From positions 1 through 64,000 of IMG/VR virus record IMGVR_UViG_3300042544_003795: 64,000 nt of DNA; one strand, given 5' to 3'. Position numbers and translations under genes: made by a program. Positions 40,604 through 49,419 of this stretch are shown here, in pieces. The notes under the pieces were generated by a model. That model made no database searches and had not been told where the DNA came from. It saw only the letters and a program-made list of their open reading frames with translations. Numbering within the stretch: position 1 is the stretch's first letter; every line of letters starts with the position of its first letter. Source of the DNA: a virus.

Positions 40604-40846
40604 TTAGTCGCTGAGAAGTTCATCTCTTTCCTCATTGTAAATAGACAAACATGAAGGCCTTTCAAAATCAATATCGCCTAACGATAAATCGCCTAAAGAG
40701 ACTTTTTTCCATTCTACGTTGTCAAGCGTATAATGAAAAACGTCCCACTTGACATAGCAATCTTTGACTTGATCCCAGCTATCGACTGGAATATCGACAT
40801 CTGTTGAAGAGCCAACCGAATAAGACGCATCAATTGTGATTTTCAT
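40604..40846 (-). CDS. Cargo family G (paralog of 41927)
   Basis: MK.....SY.V.SS...D.P......KD......V.HY.L....W.K..L. Confidence 0.7.
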   Translation of the reverse strand: MKITIDASYSVGSSTDVDIPVDSWDQVKDCYVKWDVFHYTLDNVEWKKVSLGDLSLGDIDFERPSCLSIYNEERDELLSD

Positions 40847-40976
40847 TTTATAATAAGTTAAGAACTAGTGAAAGCTAAACATCGCTTTCATGTGATTAGT
40901 ATATCACAGCCATCGAAAAACTCAACGGATATTTTTAATTCTTTTGATTTATTTTAAGAGTGTACTATACTAAAGC

Positions 40977-41153
40977 ATGAGCCTAGACAAAGCAATCGAA
41001 CACAATAAGGAGAAAAGAGCACCGTTCCGGAAAAGTAAACGCTTTGATAGAACTTGCCGCAATCATGGAAAGTGTCCATACTGTGAAGGGAACAGAACTT
41101 TTCAATCAGAAAAAGAACTTCAGAGAATAGAAAGCTTTGGAGAAGAAGAATAG
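40977..41153 (+). CDS. Small Cys/His-containing phage protein (58 aa, not in ORF track)
   Basis: MSLDKAIEHNKEKRAPFRKSKRFDRTCRNHGKCPYCEGNR. Confidence 0.7.
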   Translation: MSLDKAIEHNKEKRAPFRKSKRFDRTCRNHGKCPYCEGNRTFQSEKELQRIESFGEEE

Positions 41154-41337
41154 AGAATGTCAAGCACCGCCTCCCCTTAAGTGGGAATAGGGGATTACCC
41201 TATGCCTACCCCCCCGCATAGGGGATTCCCTTATAGTGTCTTAGGGTTGACTTGGCACGCCGCCTGCTTGTGTAAAGAAAATTGAAAACAATCGAAAATA
41301 TCCGTTGCAATCTAATACCCCTGTGACATAATAAAGC

Positions 41338-41577
41338 ATGAAACTATCTAAACTGATTAAGGTTTTGCAAAATGCGAAAAAAGAACTAGGGGACGTTCCT
41401 GTTATGGTGATGGATGAAGAAATGGGGAGTTGGGAATATCTCTCTGAGGTTCTCAAACTTCATCCTTATACTGGACCTTACGGGTGTATGGATAGAACCA
41501 AACCCGCAGATTCGATTGGCCTTGTTAGAAATAAAGGTTTCTCATCTAAAGACCTGCTACTAGGACAGAGAGATTAA
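41338..41577 (+). CDS. Cassette cargo, hypothetical
   Basis: MKLSKLI..LQ..K...GDVPV; N-terminus resembles 37765. Confidence 0.7.
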   Translation: MKLSKLIKVLQNAKKELGDVPVMVMDEEMGSWEYLSEVLKLHPYTGPYGCMDRTKPADSIGLVRNKGFSSKDLLLGQRD

Positions 41578-41630
41578 AAAGAATTGAAAATATCCGTTGC
41601 ATCTATCCTAAAGTGTGATATAGTAAAGTC

Positions 41631-41909
41631 GTGAAAGATGATCTTCTTTACATACCTCGCCTTGCTGAACTTTACGATTGGTTTCGTATTGAGGAACAGA
41701 ATGGTGAGATGATTGCTTGCGGTGGAATATTTCCAGCTTATGAGATAAAGGCTGGCCAGCGATGGCAAGGTTCTAGTGGTCACACTGTTCTAGTCGATGA
41801 AGTGGATTCCTATTCAGTTCATTACTCATGGGACGAACAGGGAGTAAAGAAAACCCATAAAAAATCCCACTTCGCTTTCCAGTGCCGGTATTGTCTTGTT
41901 TTATCCTAA
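41631..41909 (+). CDS. Hypothetical protein
   Basis: FAFQCRY C-terminal motif; own promoter. Confidence 0.65.
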   Translation: MKDDLLYIPRLAELYDWFRIEEQNGEMIACGGIFPAYEIKAGQRWQGSSGHTVLVDEVDSYSVHYSWDEQGVKKTHKKSHFAFQCRYCLVLS

Positions 41910-41926
41910 TCTAACCTAATAACAAA

Positions 41927-42175
41927 ATGAAAGTTGAAATTGTCACATCATACAGAGTATTCTCATCTGCCTTTATCGACCTCCCTATTGAAAATATAAA
42001 GGAAATTAAAGATTACTTTATAATCGACAATGTTTTGCATTACTCATTGAAAGATGAAAAATGGGAAAAAATCACCTTGCCAGAGGGTGAGGATGAATTC
42101 GAAAAATCTAGTGAAGTGAAATTCTATAGTGCTGAGTCTCACCAAACAGTAATGAAAATGTCTAAGTCTATCTAA
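41927..42175 (+). CDS. Cargo family G
   Basis: Paralog of 40604. Confidence 0.65.
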   Translation: MKVEIVTSYRVFSSAFIDLPIENIKEIKDYFIIDNVLHYSLKDEKWEKITLPEGEDEFEKSSEVKFYSAESHQTVMKMSKSI

Positions 42176-42354
42176 GTCAAGCTCCTCCTCCCCCTAAGGG
42201 GGAGTAGGGGATTCCCCTACGCGGCGTCCCCGGCTAGGGGATTCCCCTATAGCGTCTTAGGGTTGACTTGGCACGCCGCCTGCTTATGCAAAGAAAATTG
42301 AAAACAATTGAAAATATCCGTTGCTCTTTTCCTTCCCTGTGATATACTAATTAC

Positions 42355-42549
42355 ATGAGAACACGATTCGAAAAACTAGACTTCCTGATTGAAAATTGCA
42401 ACGAGACTTTTGTTAAAGAGTGCGTACTCTTGACCGAGCTCGTAGGCTATATGTCGGATTCCGACTTCTCCGACTTTTTTGACAAAGTTTGTAGGGAGTG
42501 GGACATTCGCATAGGACTTTATTGGGACAGTACAGAAGAAACTGAATAA
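42355..42549 (+). CDS. Cassette cargo family F
   Basis: Paralog of 38252. Confidence 0.8.
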   Translation: MRTRFEKLDFLIENCNETFVKECVLLTELVGYMSDSDFSDFFDKVCREWDIRIGLYWDSTEETE

Positions 42550-42769
42550 AAGTCAAGCGCCGCCTCCCCGAAAGGGGAGTAGGGGATTCCCCTACGCGGC
42601 GTCCCCGGCTAGGGGATTCCCCTAGGATGCTTTAGTAGATTACCCTAGGGTAGCTTAGGGTTGACAAATTTTTAGGCAAAGTTGGCACGCCTTCTGCTAT
42701 GCAAAGAAAAATGCAATTAATCGAAAGTATTTGTTGATTGATTGCTTAATAGGGTTATTGTGTGGGACT

Positions 42770-43783
42770 ATGAATAAAGAAATTGCATCTTGCTTCTCCT
42801 CCGTCGTTGGCCAATCCCAGATTGTCGCCAATCGTATCCTGTCCCATAGCGCCTTCGCTGCGGGCAATAATTCGCCCTATAGCGTTTGTTACACCGGAGC
42901 TGCGGGCTTAGGTAAAACTCAATTGCTCCGCGCGGAGTTAGCGGCCCGCGCCATGGCAATCCAGATTCGATTTGGACGTGAAGCCAATGTTTTCATGCTC
43001 CGGTCACCTCAGGAAATCCGCCTTGCTGGCGAGGCATTCTTTGAGTTTATCGGCAATGTCTCGGACGGTGACGGCGTTGTTATCGACGAGCTTCATGAGA
43101 TTGAAATCTCGTCTACCGTTCAACTCCGGAAACTTAAGCTCATCTTGAAGGGCTTGCTTGACAACGGGCAAGGCAAAATCCGTTCCGTGAAGATTGACGA
43201 TGATACGGTCATCTCCCGGCCTAAAGAGGAAATCTTTTTCGCCGCTGGCACTAACTTCCCAGAGAAAATCAAGGACGGTTCCGCCATCATCTCCCGGTTT
43301 GGTGGAGAGACGCCGCTGGACCTTTATACAGAGGATGAATTGACCAAAATTCTTAAACTCATGAGTGAGTCCGCCGGGCTTCGTGTGAACGAGAATACGC
43401 TTCTCCTTCTCGCCAAGTGTGGCCGTGGAACTGCCCGCCCACTAGAATCAATCGTTAGCTACCTTAGCAAAGTAGCATCAATCTCAGAGAAGACGACTAT
43501 CAATCGCGCGGAGGCACTAGAGGCAATGCGGGCTTTGAGTTTGTTTCCCCTTGGCGTTTCAAAGCGGGAAATCTCAATCCTTATCCGCAGCAAGGGCCAA
43601 GGCTTAGCGGTCAGAATGTTGCCAGTGATTTTTGCCGTCGAGCCGAAATCAGTCAATCAAAGCGTTAGCTTTCTTTGTGCTTATGGCTTCCTCAGCCTAC
43701 GGGGCGGAGTTGTCAATCTGTCCCCTCGCGGCGCGGCCTACTTGGACCAGTTAAAGGCTGAAAAGTTCTCTTTAGAATCCTAG
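42770..43783 (+). CDS. RuvB-like AAA+ ATPase
   Basis: VVGQ, GAAGLGKT Walker A, VIDELHEI Walker B, SRFG, Y..DEL..IL, RGTAR sensor II, winged-helix C-terminus; start set at ATG 42770. Confidence 0.8.
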   Translation: MNKEIASCFSSVVGQSQIVANRILSHSAFAAGNNSPYSVCYTGAAGLGKTQLLRAELAARAMAIQIRFGREANVFMLRSPQEIRLAGEAFFEFIGNVSDGDGVVIDELHEIEISSTVQLRKLKLILKGLLDNGQGKIRSVKIDDDTVISRPKEEIFFAAGTNFPEKIKDGSAIISRFGGETPLDLYTEDELTKILKLMSESAGLRVNENTLLLLAKCGRGTARPLESIVSYLSKVASISEKTTINRAEALEAMRALSLFPLGVSKREISILIRSKGQGLAVRMLPVIFAVEPKSVNQSVSFLCAYGFLSLRGGVVNLSPRGAAYLDQLKAEKFSLES

Positions 43784-43822
43784 GCCTTTTATCCCTCCCT
43801 TCTTTCTTACCTTACTTACCTT

Positions 43823-44149
43823 ATGAATGTTTCAATCTCCTACTCGCCATCGTCTCTCTCAGATTTTCTCGCCGCTTTGGAAGCGGTAAAAGGCATGAAC
43901 GGGAAAAGCGTTTCCGTTTCGCCAGCTTCTCTGAACTGTCCTGTTTCAAAGTACGTAGAAAAAACTGGAGCTTCCCGTTACCGTCGCACTCCGGAAGGTT
44001 GCCAATCCGGGCTTTCTAATTTGGACGACCTGAAAAAGCGGGCTTTGCTAGGCGACGCCATAGCGGCAGAATGTCTAGGCGACGAAATCCCGGAAAGTGA
44101 TTCTGAGTTGTCAAGCGAAGATAATTCGCCGATTGAAGCGATTTTCTAA
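43823..44149 (+). CDS. Hypothetical protein co-transcribed with the RuvB-like gene
   Basis: 108 aa ORF followed by a terminator. Confidence 0.65.
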   Translation: MNVSISYSPSSLSDFLAALEAVKGMNGKSVSVSPASLNCPVSKYVEKTGASRYRRTPEGCQSGLSNLDDLKKRALLGDAIAAECLGDEIPESDSELSSEDNSPIEAIF

Positions 44150-44158
44150 TTGACAGGA

Positions 44159-44190
44159 AAGGGCGGCTGATTTTCAGCCGCTCTTTTTTT
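44159..44190 (+). terminator. Rho-independent terminator
   Basis: GCGGCTGA-TTT-TCAGCCGC followed by a T-run. Confidence 0.8.
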
Positions 44191-44365
44191 TGCATTGTCA
44201 ACCCTTAATCTACCCTAGAGGAATCCATTAGAGCACCCTAGGGGAATCCCCTAGCCGGGGACGCCGCGTAGGGGAATCCCCTAGTAAGGCCTAAGGTTTA
44301 CATCTTAATGAAACATAATACACCTTATTCATCCCCCCCCCATAAGGGGGAGGTATTTTGATATG

Positions 44366-45064
44366 TTACACCTGCACCACGAAACCAGAGTTGTCTTTTC
44401 TGGCTTTGCCTTTATCGACAAGCCCAACCACCACGCCCCTAGTGTCGAGGAAACGAAGGTCATTCTTGTCACCGTTCACAACCGGCGTTCCATGCCAGCT
44501 CTCGGGCAGTGAGCGACGGAAAACAACCGCCACGTTTCCACCTCGTGAGCGGATGGCGTGAACGTGCCGCTCGTTTGACTCACTGCGGGAGAATGTCAAA
44601 CTGTAGTTGGCGGGCATTTTCCCGTCGAGAAAATCCATCATGCGTTTGTACCCCTTGGTGTAATCGTACCAAGTAACCTCAGGGAAAAGCTCGAACAAGT
44701 TTTTCCCGTCCTGAACGTCGAGCGATTCCCACGGGATATCGCTGGTAAGGTTAAGCCGGATGGCCAACCGCATCCCATTTTTCTTGGCTTTCTTAATAGC
44801 CGCTTGAATTTCCTTAATTAGTTGTTTAGAGAATAGGTCAAAATTCTCCTTCAAGAGTTTAGTCTTGGCGATTCTAGCCGCTTGAACCGTCGAGAATGCA
44901 CCATGGCCTGAGGTGTTTAAACAGGAGAAGGTGCAACCACGGCTCGCCCAAGTGCATACGTTATAACCCGACAGATTGGCGGGAGCCAAATGGATGCCGA
45001 GAGTCGTCCAGCCTTCCTTCGTGCCCTTCATGATTTTTGCGTTCGCCGTAGTGAGTAATTTCAT
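44366..45064 (-). CDS. GP88-family phage protein (Cys-cluster, radical-SAM-like)
   Basis: LAPA..SG.NVC..AS.GC...CL..SG, RLN.TSDI.W, YDYTK, DLRFLD. Confidence 0.75.
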   Translation of the reverse strand: MKLLTTANAKIMKGTKEGWTTLGIHLAPANLSGYNVCTWASRGCTFSCLNTSGHGAFSTVQAARIAKTKLLKENFDLFSKQLIKEIQAAIKKAKKNGMRLAIRLNLTSDIPWESLDVQDGKNLFELFPEVTWYDYTKGYKRMMDFLDGKMPANYSLTFSRSESNERHVHAIRSRGGNVAVVFRRSLPESWHGTPVVNGDKNDLRFLDTRGVVVGLVDKGKARKDNSGFVVQV

Positions 45065-45419
45065 CGTTCACTATAATAGCCCGCTTTCCACCGATTGCAA
45101 ATTTATTTTCGATTAATTCTACTTTTCTCACATAGCGGATAGCGTGCCAAGTCAACCCTTAATCAACCCTAGGGGAATCCATTAGAGCACCCTAGGGAAA
45201 TCCCCTAGCCGGGGCCGCCGCATAGGGGAATCCCCTAGTAGTCGTTAAGGTTAAAATTTACTTGACTTTTTAATATGCCTATCACCCCTAATAGGGTTTT
45301 ATAGTAAATATAAAGTATTGAAAAATGCAATGCTCTCTATGGATATTATAGTGGGCACTGAGATTGCGGAGACTATGGAGAGTATGGCAATAATAGTTAT
45401 AGCCGCCATAAATAGCGTG

Positions 45420-45835
45420 CCCGCCTTATTAAGCGCCAAACCTCTTCGAAGTTGCAGCGCCACCTCCGCCCGCCTTATTAAGCGCCAAACCTCTTCGAAG
45501 TTGCAGCGCCACCTCCGCCCGCCTTATTAAGCGCTAAACCTCTTCGAAGTTGCAGCGCCACCTCCGCCCGCCTTATTAAGCGCTAAACCTCTTCGAAGTT
45601 GCAGCGCCACCTCCGCCCGCCTTATTAAGCACCAAACCTCTTCGAAGTTGCAGCGCCACCTCCGCCCGCCTTATTAAGCGCTAAACCTCTTCGAAGTTGC
45701 AGCGCCACCTCCGCCCGCCTTATTAAGCACCAAACCTCTTCGAAGTTGCAGCGCCACCTCCGCCCGCCTTATTAAGCGCTAAACCTCTTCGAAGTTGCTA
45801 ACGCCCCTTATTAAGGACGTTAGCTCTTCGAACTT
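45420..45835. repeat. 49-bp tandem satellite array (8 cores plus 1 degenerate)
   Basis: CCTCTTCGAAG at 45441, 45490, 45539, 45588, 45637, 45686, 45735, 45784. Confidence 0.95.
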
Positions 45836-45838
45836 ACC

Positions 45839-46138
45839 TCACATTCTTTCGTTACATTTGATACGGCTTACATATTTTGGGCCATCATTGTAATAGACCT
45901 GTAAGTCTTCTAATAGCTCCTGTAGAGTCTCATCAATTGATTCGTAGCTTTCTCGCTCAATAAATCCAGATATCAGAAAGCCGACATTACAATGACTCCC
46001 AAAAGCAATAAAACTTTTACTTTTATAAATTTCAAAATCATGCCATTCTCCTTCATTATCTTGAAACTCTATAATGCCAACATAACTGTCTTTTTCTTTT
46101 TGATAAGCTTCAAATATTTCAGTGATTTCGGTTTGCAT
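45839..46138 (-). CDS. Hypothetical protein
   Basis: 99 aa ORF with TTGACC..TATACT promoter. Confidence 0.7.
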   Translation of the reverse strand: MQTEITEIFEAYQKEKDSYVGIIEFQDNEGEWHDFEIYKSKSFIAFGSHCNVGFLISGFIERESYESIDETLQELLEDLQVYYNDGPKYVSRIKCNERM

Positions 46139-46208
46139 AGTATGGTTGTTGTTGGGGTTGCCTTACAATGTCAGTATAGCACAGGAGAAGGGGAGGGTCA
46201 AGAAAATA

Positions 46209-46673
46209 TTAGTAATTGTTTTCGTTTACAATACCATCCTTGAAATCTTCGATATGTGAAACTACAGACCTGTCAATCATAGAAGTGATTTTGCTGATCT
46301 TTTCTTCTGTGACTACGTTGTCGAAAATAGTCCAAGAAACTAACATGAAGTTAAGTTTGCTAATAAAGGTAATATCGGCGACTTTTCTGCCGTTGTATTC
46401 TTCTAGGGTGGAGAAGAAATATCCTTCGTGTCTTTCTGTTTCGGTTGAGCGCCGGACTACTACATCGCCGAAGGTGCGACGATCCCAGTGAGTAGGCGAC
46501 TGGTTAAGCTTGCGATACTCTGATGCGAACAAAGCCGCATCCGAAAGATTGCTAAAAACAAAGTAGTTAAAAGTCTTTAGGACAGACTCGATACTGTTTA
46601 TAACCACAACGAAGCCGTCAACTTCGTCGCTGAAGAATGGTGGTCGAATAAAGATTTCGCCGGAGTGATTCAT
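46209..46673 (-). CDS. Hypothetical protein
   Basis: 154 aa ORF, TTGACC..TATATT-8-ATG. Confidence 0.65.
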   Translation of the reverse strand: MNHSGEIFIRPPFFSDEVDGFVVVINSIESVLKTFNYFVFSNLSDAALFASEYRKLNQSPTHWDRRTFGDVVVRRSTETERHEGYFFSTLEEYNGRKVADITFISKLNFMLVSWTIFDNVVTEEKISKITSMIDRSVVSHIEDFKDGIVNENNY

Positions 46674-46732
46674 AGTAAATCAATATACCACAGAACAAAA
46701 GGAGGGTCAAGAAAAAAACTAAACTATTTTAA

Positions 46733-47239
46733 TCAGGAAGCCAAAATATACTTCTCTCCATTCATCCTGACTTCTTTGATATTGGATAGTTTATAGTTTC
46801 TTACCTTTACTTGCTTCTTACCCGTTACCCCTGCTCGTTCCTGTTTGGCGCTGGGCTTGGACTTGGTAAGATATTTATCGACGACTTCTTTGGCGACCTC
46901 TTCGCCATCAGCGACGAACTGAATCTTGACCGGCTTAGGTGCATTGCGGAATACTGTGCGCAGCTGCATCTCGCCGTTATATTTAATTACTTTATTTACG
47001 ACTACATATTCGCCGTAGGGCAATGGATCTGATTCAAAAGATTCTGCTCCTTGTTTCAGGATGGCTTCTCTATATCTAGCCCCTGTGACGACTGTCTGGT
47101 GAACAATCTTTTTAATCTGTTTATAAGGATTGCCAGTCTTATTTGCCTTCGGCTCAGTTTCAGTGAGGATGCCTAGAATTGTTGCTCCACGCCGGGCCGA
47201 TAGCATTTCAACAAATTGTTTATGAGTGATTGTTTTCAT
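46733..47239 (-). CDS. Family A paralog outside the array
   Basis: Shares LP.G, KQ..AGVTGKKQV and K.S.IK.....G. Confidence 0.8.
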   Translation of the reverse strand: MKTITHKQFVEMLSARRGATILGILTETEPKANKTGNPYKQIKKIVHQTVVTGARYREAILKQGAESFESDPLPYGEYVVVNKVIKYNGEMQLRTVFRNAPKPVKIQFVADGEEVAKEVVDKYLTKSKPSAKQERAGVTGKKQVKVRNYKLSNIKEVRMNGEKYILAS

Positions 47240-47357
47240 TTTATCTATTTGGTTAATAGGGTTAATAGGAAGTGAAAGGAGAGATATGAACTACCTAAAG
47301 CTGACAAGTACATTATAAGACCTGCCAGCTCGAATGCAAACAAATTTTTCATTTGAT

Positions 47358-47576
47358 TTATCTTTTCTTCGTCCAGACTTTTAACTGAGCCTCTACTAGA
47401 TCAGCGTCAGGGGGTGACTTACCTTTATTATCGACAATGGAATAAGTCACACGGGCGTTCACTCCTTCTTTCAGCATAAGTTTTTTAGCGTGCCAATTTT
47501 GAGCGGCGACTGCATCCGCCAAAGAACGATGTTGAGAAATTTTAGAATTATCAGTAATGTTGTGAAGAGTGTACAT
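47358..47576 (-). CDS. Hypothetical protein
   Basis: 72 aa ORF. Confidence 0.6.
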   Translation of the reverse strand: MYTLHNITDNSKISQHRSLADAVAAQNWHAKKLMLKEGVNARVTYSIVDNKGKSPPDADLVEAQLKVWTKKR

Positions 47577-47647
47577 ATTCTTGTTTATTTTTAAATTAGA
47601 TAATAGATTTAATTAGAGGGTGTGGGAGGACACCCCGTTTTTATTGT

Positions 47648-48685
47648 TTAGCTGATCAAGGCCAGCTCACTACCCCGGCGAACCATTCGCTCAAATTCTC
47701 CCGGAGAAGTCAAGGCCGAGAATGCCCGAGTTTTCATTTTGCTACCTGATCCAAATTCTGAACTGACGAACTGAGCTTGCATACCCCGACCCGAATTAGA
47801 GTGAGTATAGAAGTCTGTCAAGGCAGAAAAGAGATCCAGTCGATTTTCTCCAGAGTTTCCAGCTCCAGTCTTGAACAGATTAAACACCTCTTCGACATTG
47901 TTACGTGAGCGAGTAGAGAAGTCCTGAGCAGTTTCTGGGGCAATGAACCCCGTCAAGAATTGTTCGGCAATACTGTCATTGACAGACTTGTGACCCAGTT
48001 CAGCCAGTTCAGCGCAGAACAAAGCCCGATTGCTAATGAGATCCTCGATACCGCTGGAAACATTGACCAACGCAAGGCCGGAATTTTTGGTGTGCTTGAC
48101 GGCGAACTTGATGCCTTGAGTTTTATTGTTGAAAGCGTTTACGTTAAAGCTAAACGTATTAGCGCAAACTGTGCAAATAGAGCTGTCCAAGAACATCGCC
48201 TTACCCGAACCATCGTGAGTGGACAAAGCGTTGAGGTAGAAGTCGAACTGACGATTACCAACCATAAAGGTTTTACCTTCGTTCAATTCGATTGAGATAA
48301 AGACTTTAGTGCGGTCGCAAACGGAACCGATAGAAGCGACTTTGAACTTCACGTTGCAATCCTCCAGACCCGAAACCAGAGTGTCAAACAAGTCTTTATT
48401 TTGAATGATGCCGTAACTACCGCTGACAGCGTTACCGATAGGGAGACCATCATCAGAAGAAACGATTGCGTCTTGATGGAACTTGACTGAGGTGCCATCC
48501 AAAGAAGTATTCAGAAACAAAGGCCGCCGCTCTAGTTCCCAGTTAAGAGGAGACTTTTCAAAAGTGATTTCCTGCTGAACGTCCGTCAGACCATGCCAAG
48601 CCTGAAAGGTTCCCATCTGAGCGTCGCGGTTTTCGATTTGGTGAGCCATAATAGTAATTGAGTTTGTTGTTGTTTGTTGCTGCAT
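47648..48685 (-). CDS. DUF932/DUF945-family phage-plasmid protein
   Basis: MAHQIE, AWHGL, Y.IIQN..LF, HDGSG, VCANT, KHT motifs. Confidence 0.8.
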   Translation of the reverse strand: MQQQTTTNSITIMAHQIENRDAQMGTFQAWHGLTDVQQEITFEKSPLNWELERRPLFLNTSLDGTSVKFHQDAIVSSDDGLPIGNAVSGSYGIIQNKDLFDTLVSGLEDCNVKFKVASIGSVCDRTKVFISIELNEGKTFMVGNRQFDFYLNALSTHDGSGKAMFLDSSICTVCANTFSFNVNAFNNKTQGIKFAVKHTKNSGLALVNVSSGIEDLISNRALFCAELAELGHKSVNDSIAEQFLTGFIAPETAQDFSTRSRNNVEEVFNLFKTGAGNSGENRLDLFSALTDFYTHSNSGRGMQAQFVSSEFGSGSKMKTRAFSALTSPGEFERMVRRGSELALIS

Positions 48686-48817
48686 CGTGCAGCTGAGATC
48701 AGTATAAGCGATTAAAAATAATCCGCAAGTTTTTTTTTCGTTTTTTTTACTTTTTTATTTCCACTCTCTATTAGACTATTCTTAATCAGATAGAGAGCGT
48801 TAAGGGGATTAGCCCTT

Positions 48818-49027
48818 CTATTTGCCTTTATTGTTGCGGCGATTAAGCTCGTCCGCGAATGTCAACCCTTGATCGACATAATAGTTTTCCTTATTCGGTT
48901 GCGGGTGGGTTGCCATCGCCCTAGCGGCTTCTTGACAATCCTTGATTACATACCGCAGGGAGCATTCGCTCAGAGTCTTGGCTTTTTTAGTCCAGAAGAT
49001 GAAGTCTTGTGATGTTGCGTTGTTCAT
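48818..49027 (-). CDS. Family E paralog
   Basis: Paralog of 33074. Confidence 0.8.
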   Translation of the reverse strand: MNNATSQDFIFWTKKAKTLSECSLRYVIKDCQEAARAMATHPQPNKENYYVDQGLTFADELNRRNNKGK

Positions 49028-49122
49028 GACCTCAGTATAAGCGATTAAAAATAATCTGCAAATTCTTTTTTCGTTTTTTTAATCTTTTTTTTATTCAGCT
49101 TAAAGGGAGGGTAAATAGCTAA

Positions 49123-49419
49123 TCATTTAGCCGTACAATGAAAATAATCCCGAATAGGGCTGTCATCATCCGTATGTTTATAGTCGAACGAAACCTCAAC
49201 ACCCTGAGATTGAAAATACTCAACGGCCAATGGTAAATCACAATCCTCCTCCAGAAAAAGAACGTCCCTCTTCCAGTAGGAATATGGAGAAATCTTTCGC
49301 CGCACTTCTTTAGGCAGCAGTTCCATGCGGACTTCACCCCAGCTATGGCCGGGGTCGCAATGACGGGTGATTTTGAGACTCTTGATGTTCATAGTATAGT
49401 AGGTTTGAATTACCGACAC
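49123..49419 (-). CDS. Conserved phage hypothetical protein
   Basis: DPGH.W, SPYSY, LEEDCD motifs. Confidence 0.7.
   Translation of the reverse strand: MSVIQTYYTMNIKSLKITRHCDPGHSWGEVRMELLPKEVRRKISPYSYWKRDVLFLEEDCDLPLAVEYFQSQGVEVSFDYKHTDDDSPIRDYFHCTAK

Larger units (their letters stand above)
28896..45237. mobile_element. Repeat-delimited single-gene cassette array
   Basis: About 20 copies of a paired-palindrome module alternate with different small genes; mobility is inferred, not shown. Confidence 0.7.
29919..45237. repeat. Paired 15-bp palindromes TAG(G/A)GGAWTCCCCTA with 15-bp GC-rich spacer (20 pairs)
   Basis: Pairs start at 29919, 30685, 31336, 31848, 33412, 33941, 34473, 35136, 35710, 36548, 37588, 38075, 38526, 39161, 39572, 41188 (16-bp spacer), 42205, 42580, 44239, 45193; solo arms at 28896, 32995, 35763. 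Confidence 0.95.

Noticed and set aside
40954-41163. Minus-strand 69-aa ORF
   Set aside because: Shadow of the plus-strand MSLDKAIEH gene at 40977-41153
28896-45237. Canonical integron or IS/MITE array
   Set aside because: No IntI or transposase, no RYYYAAC/GTTRRRY attC ends, no target-site duplications; cassettes carry their own promoters
29919-45237. Paired palindromes as ordinary terminators
   Set aside because: No adjacent U-tract, arms are self-palindromic and often direct repeats, and separate canonical terminators exist; a termination role is not fully excluded
45318-45530. 70-aa ORF running into the 49-bp array
   Set aside because: TTG start and repeat-derived C-terminus; coding is unsupported
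32663-45835. 73-bp and 49-bp arrays as CRISPR arrays (37+36 spacing is CRISPR-like)
   Set aside because: The would-be spacers are identical or near-identical and align with the repeat itself; no cas genes in the window
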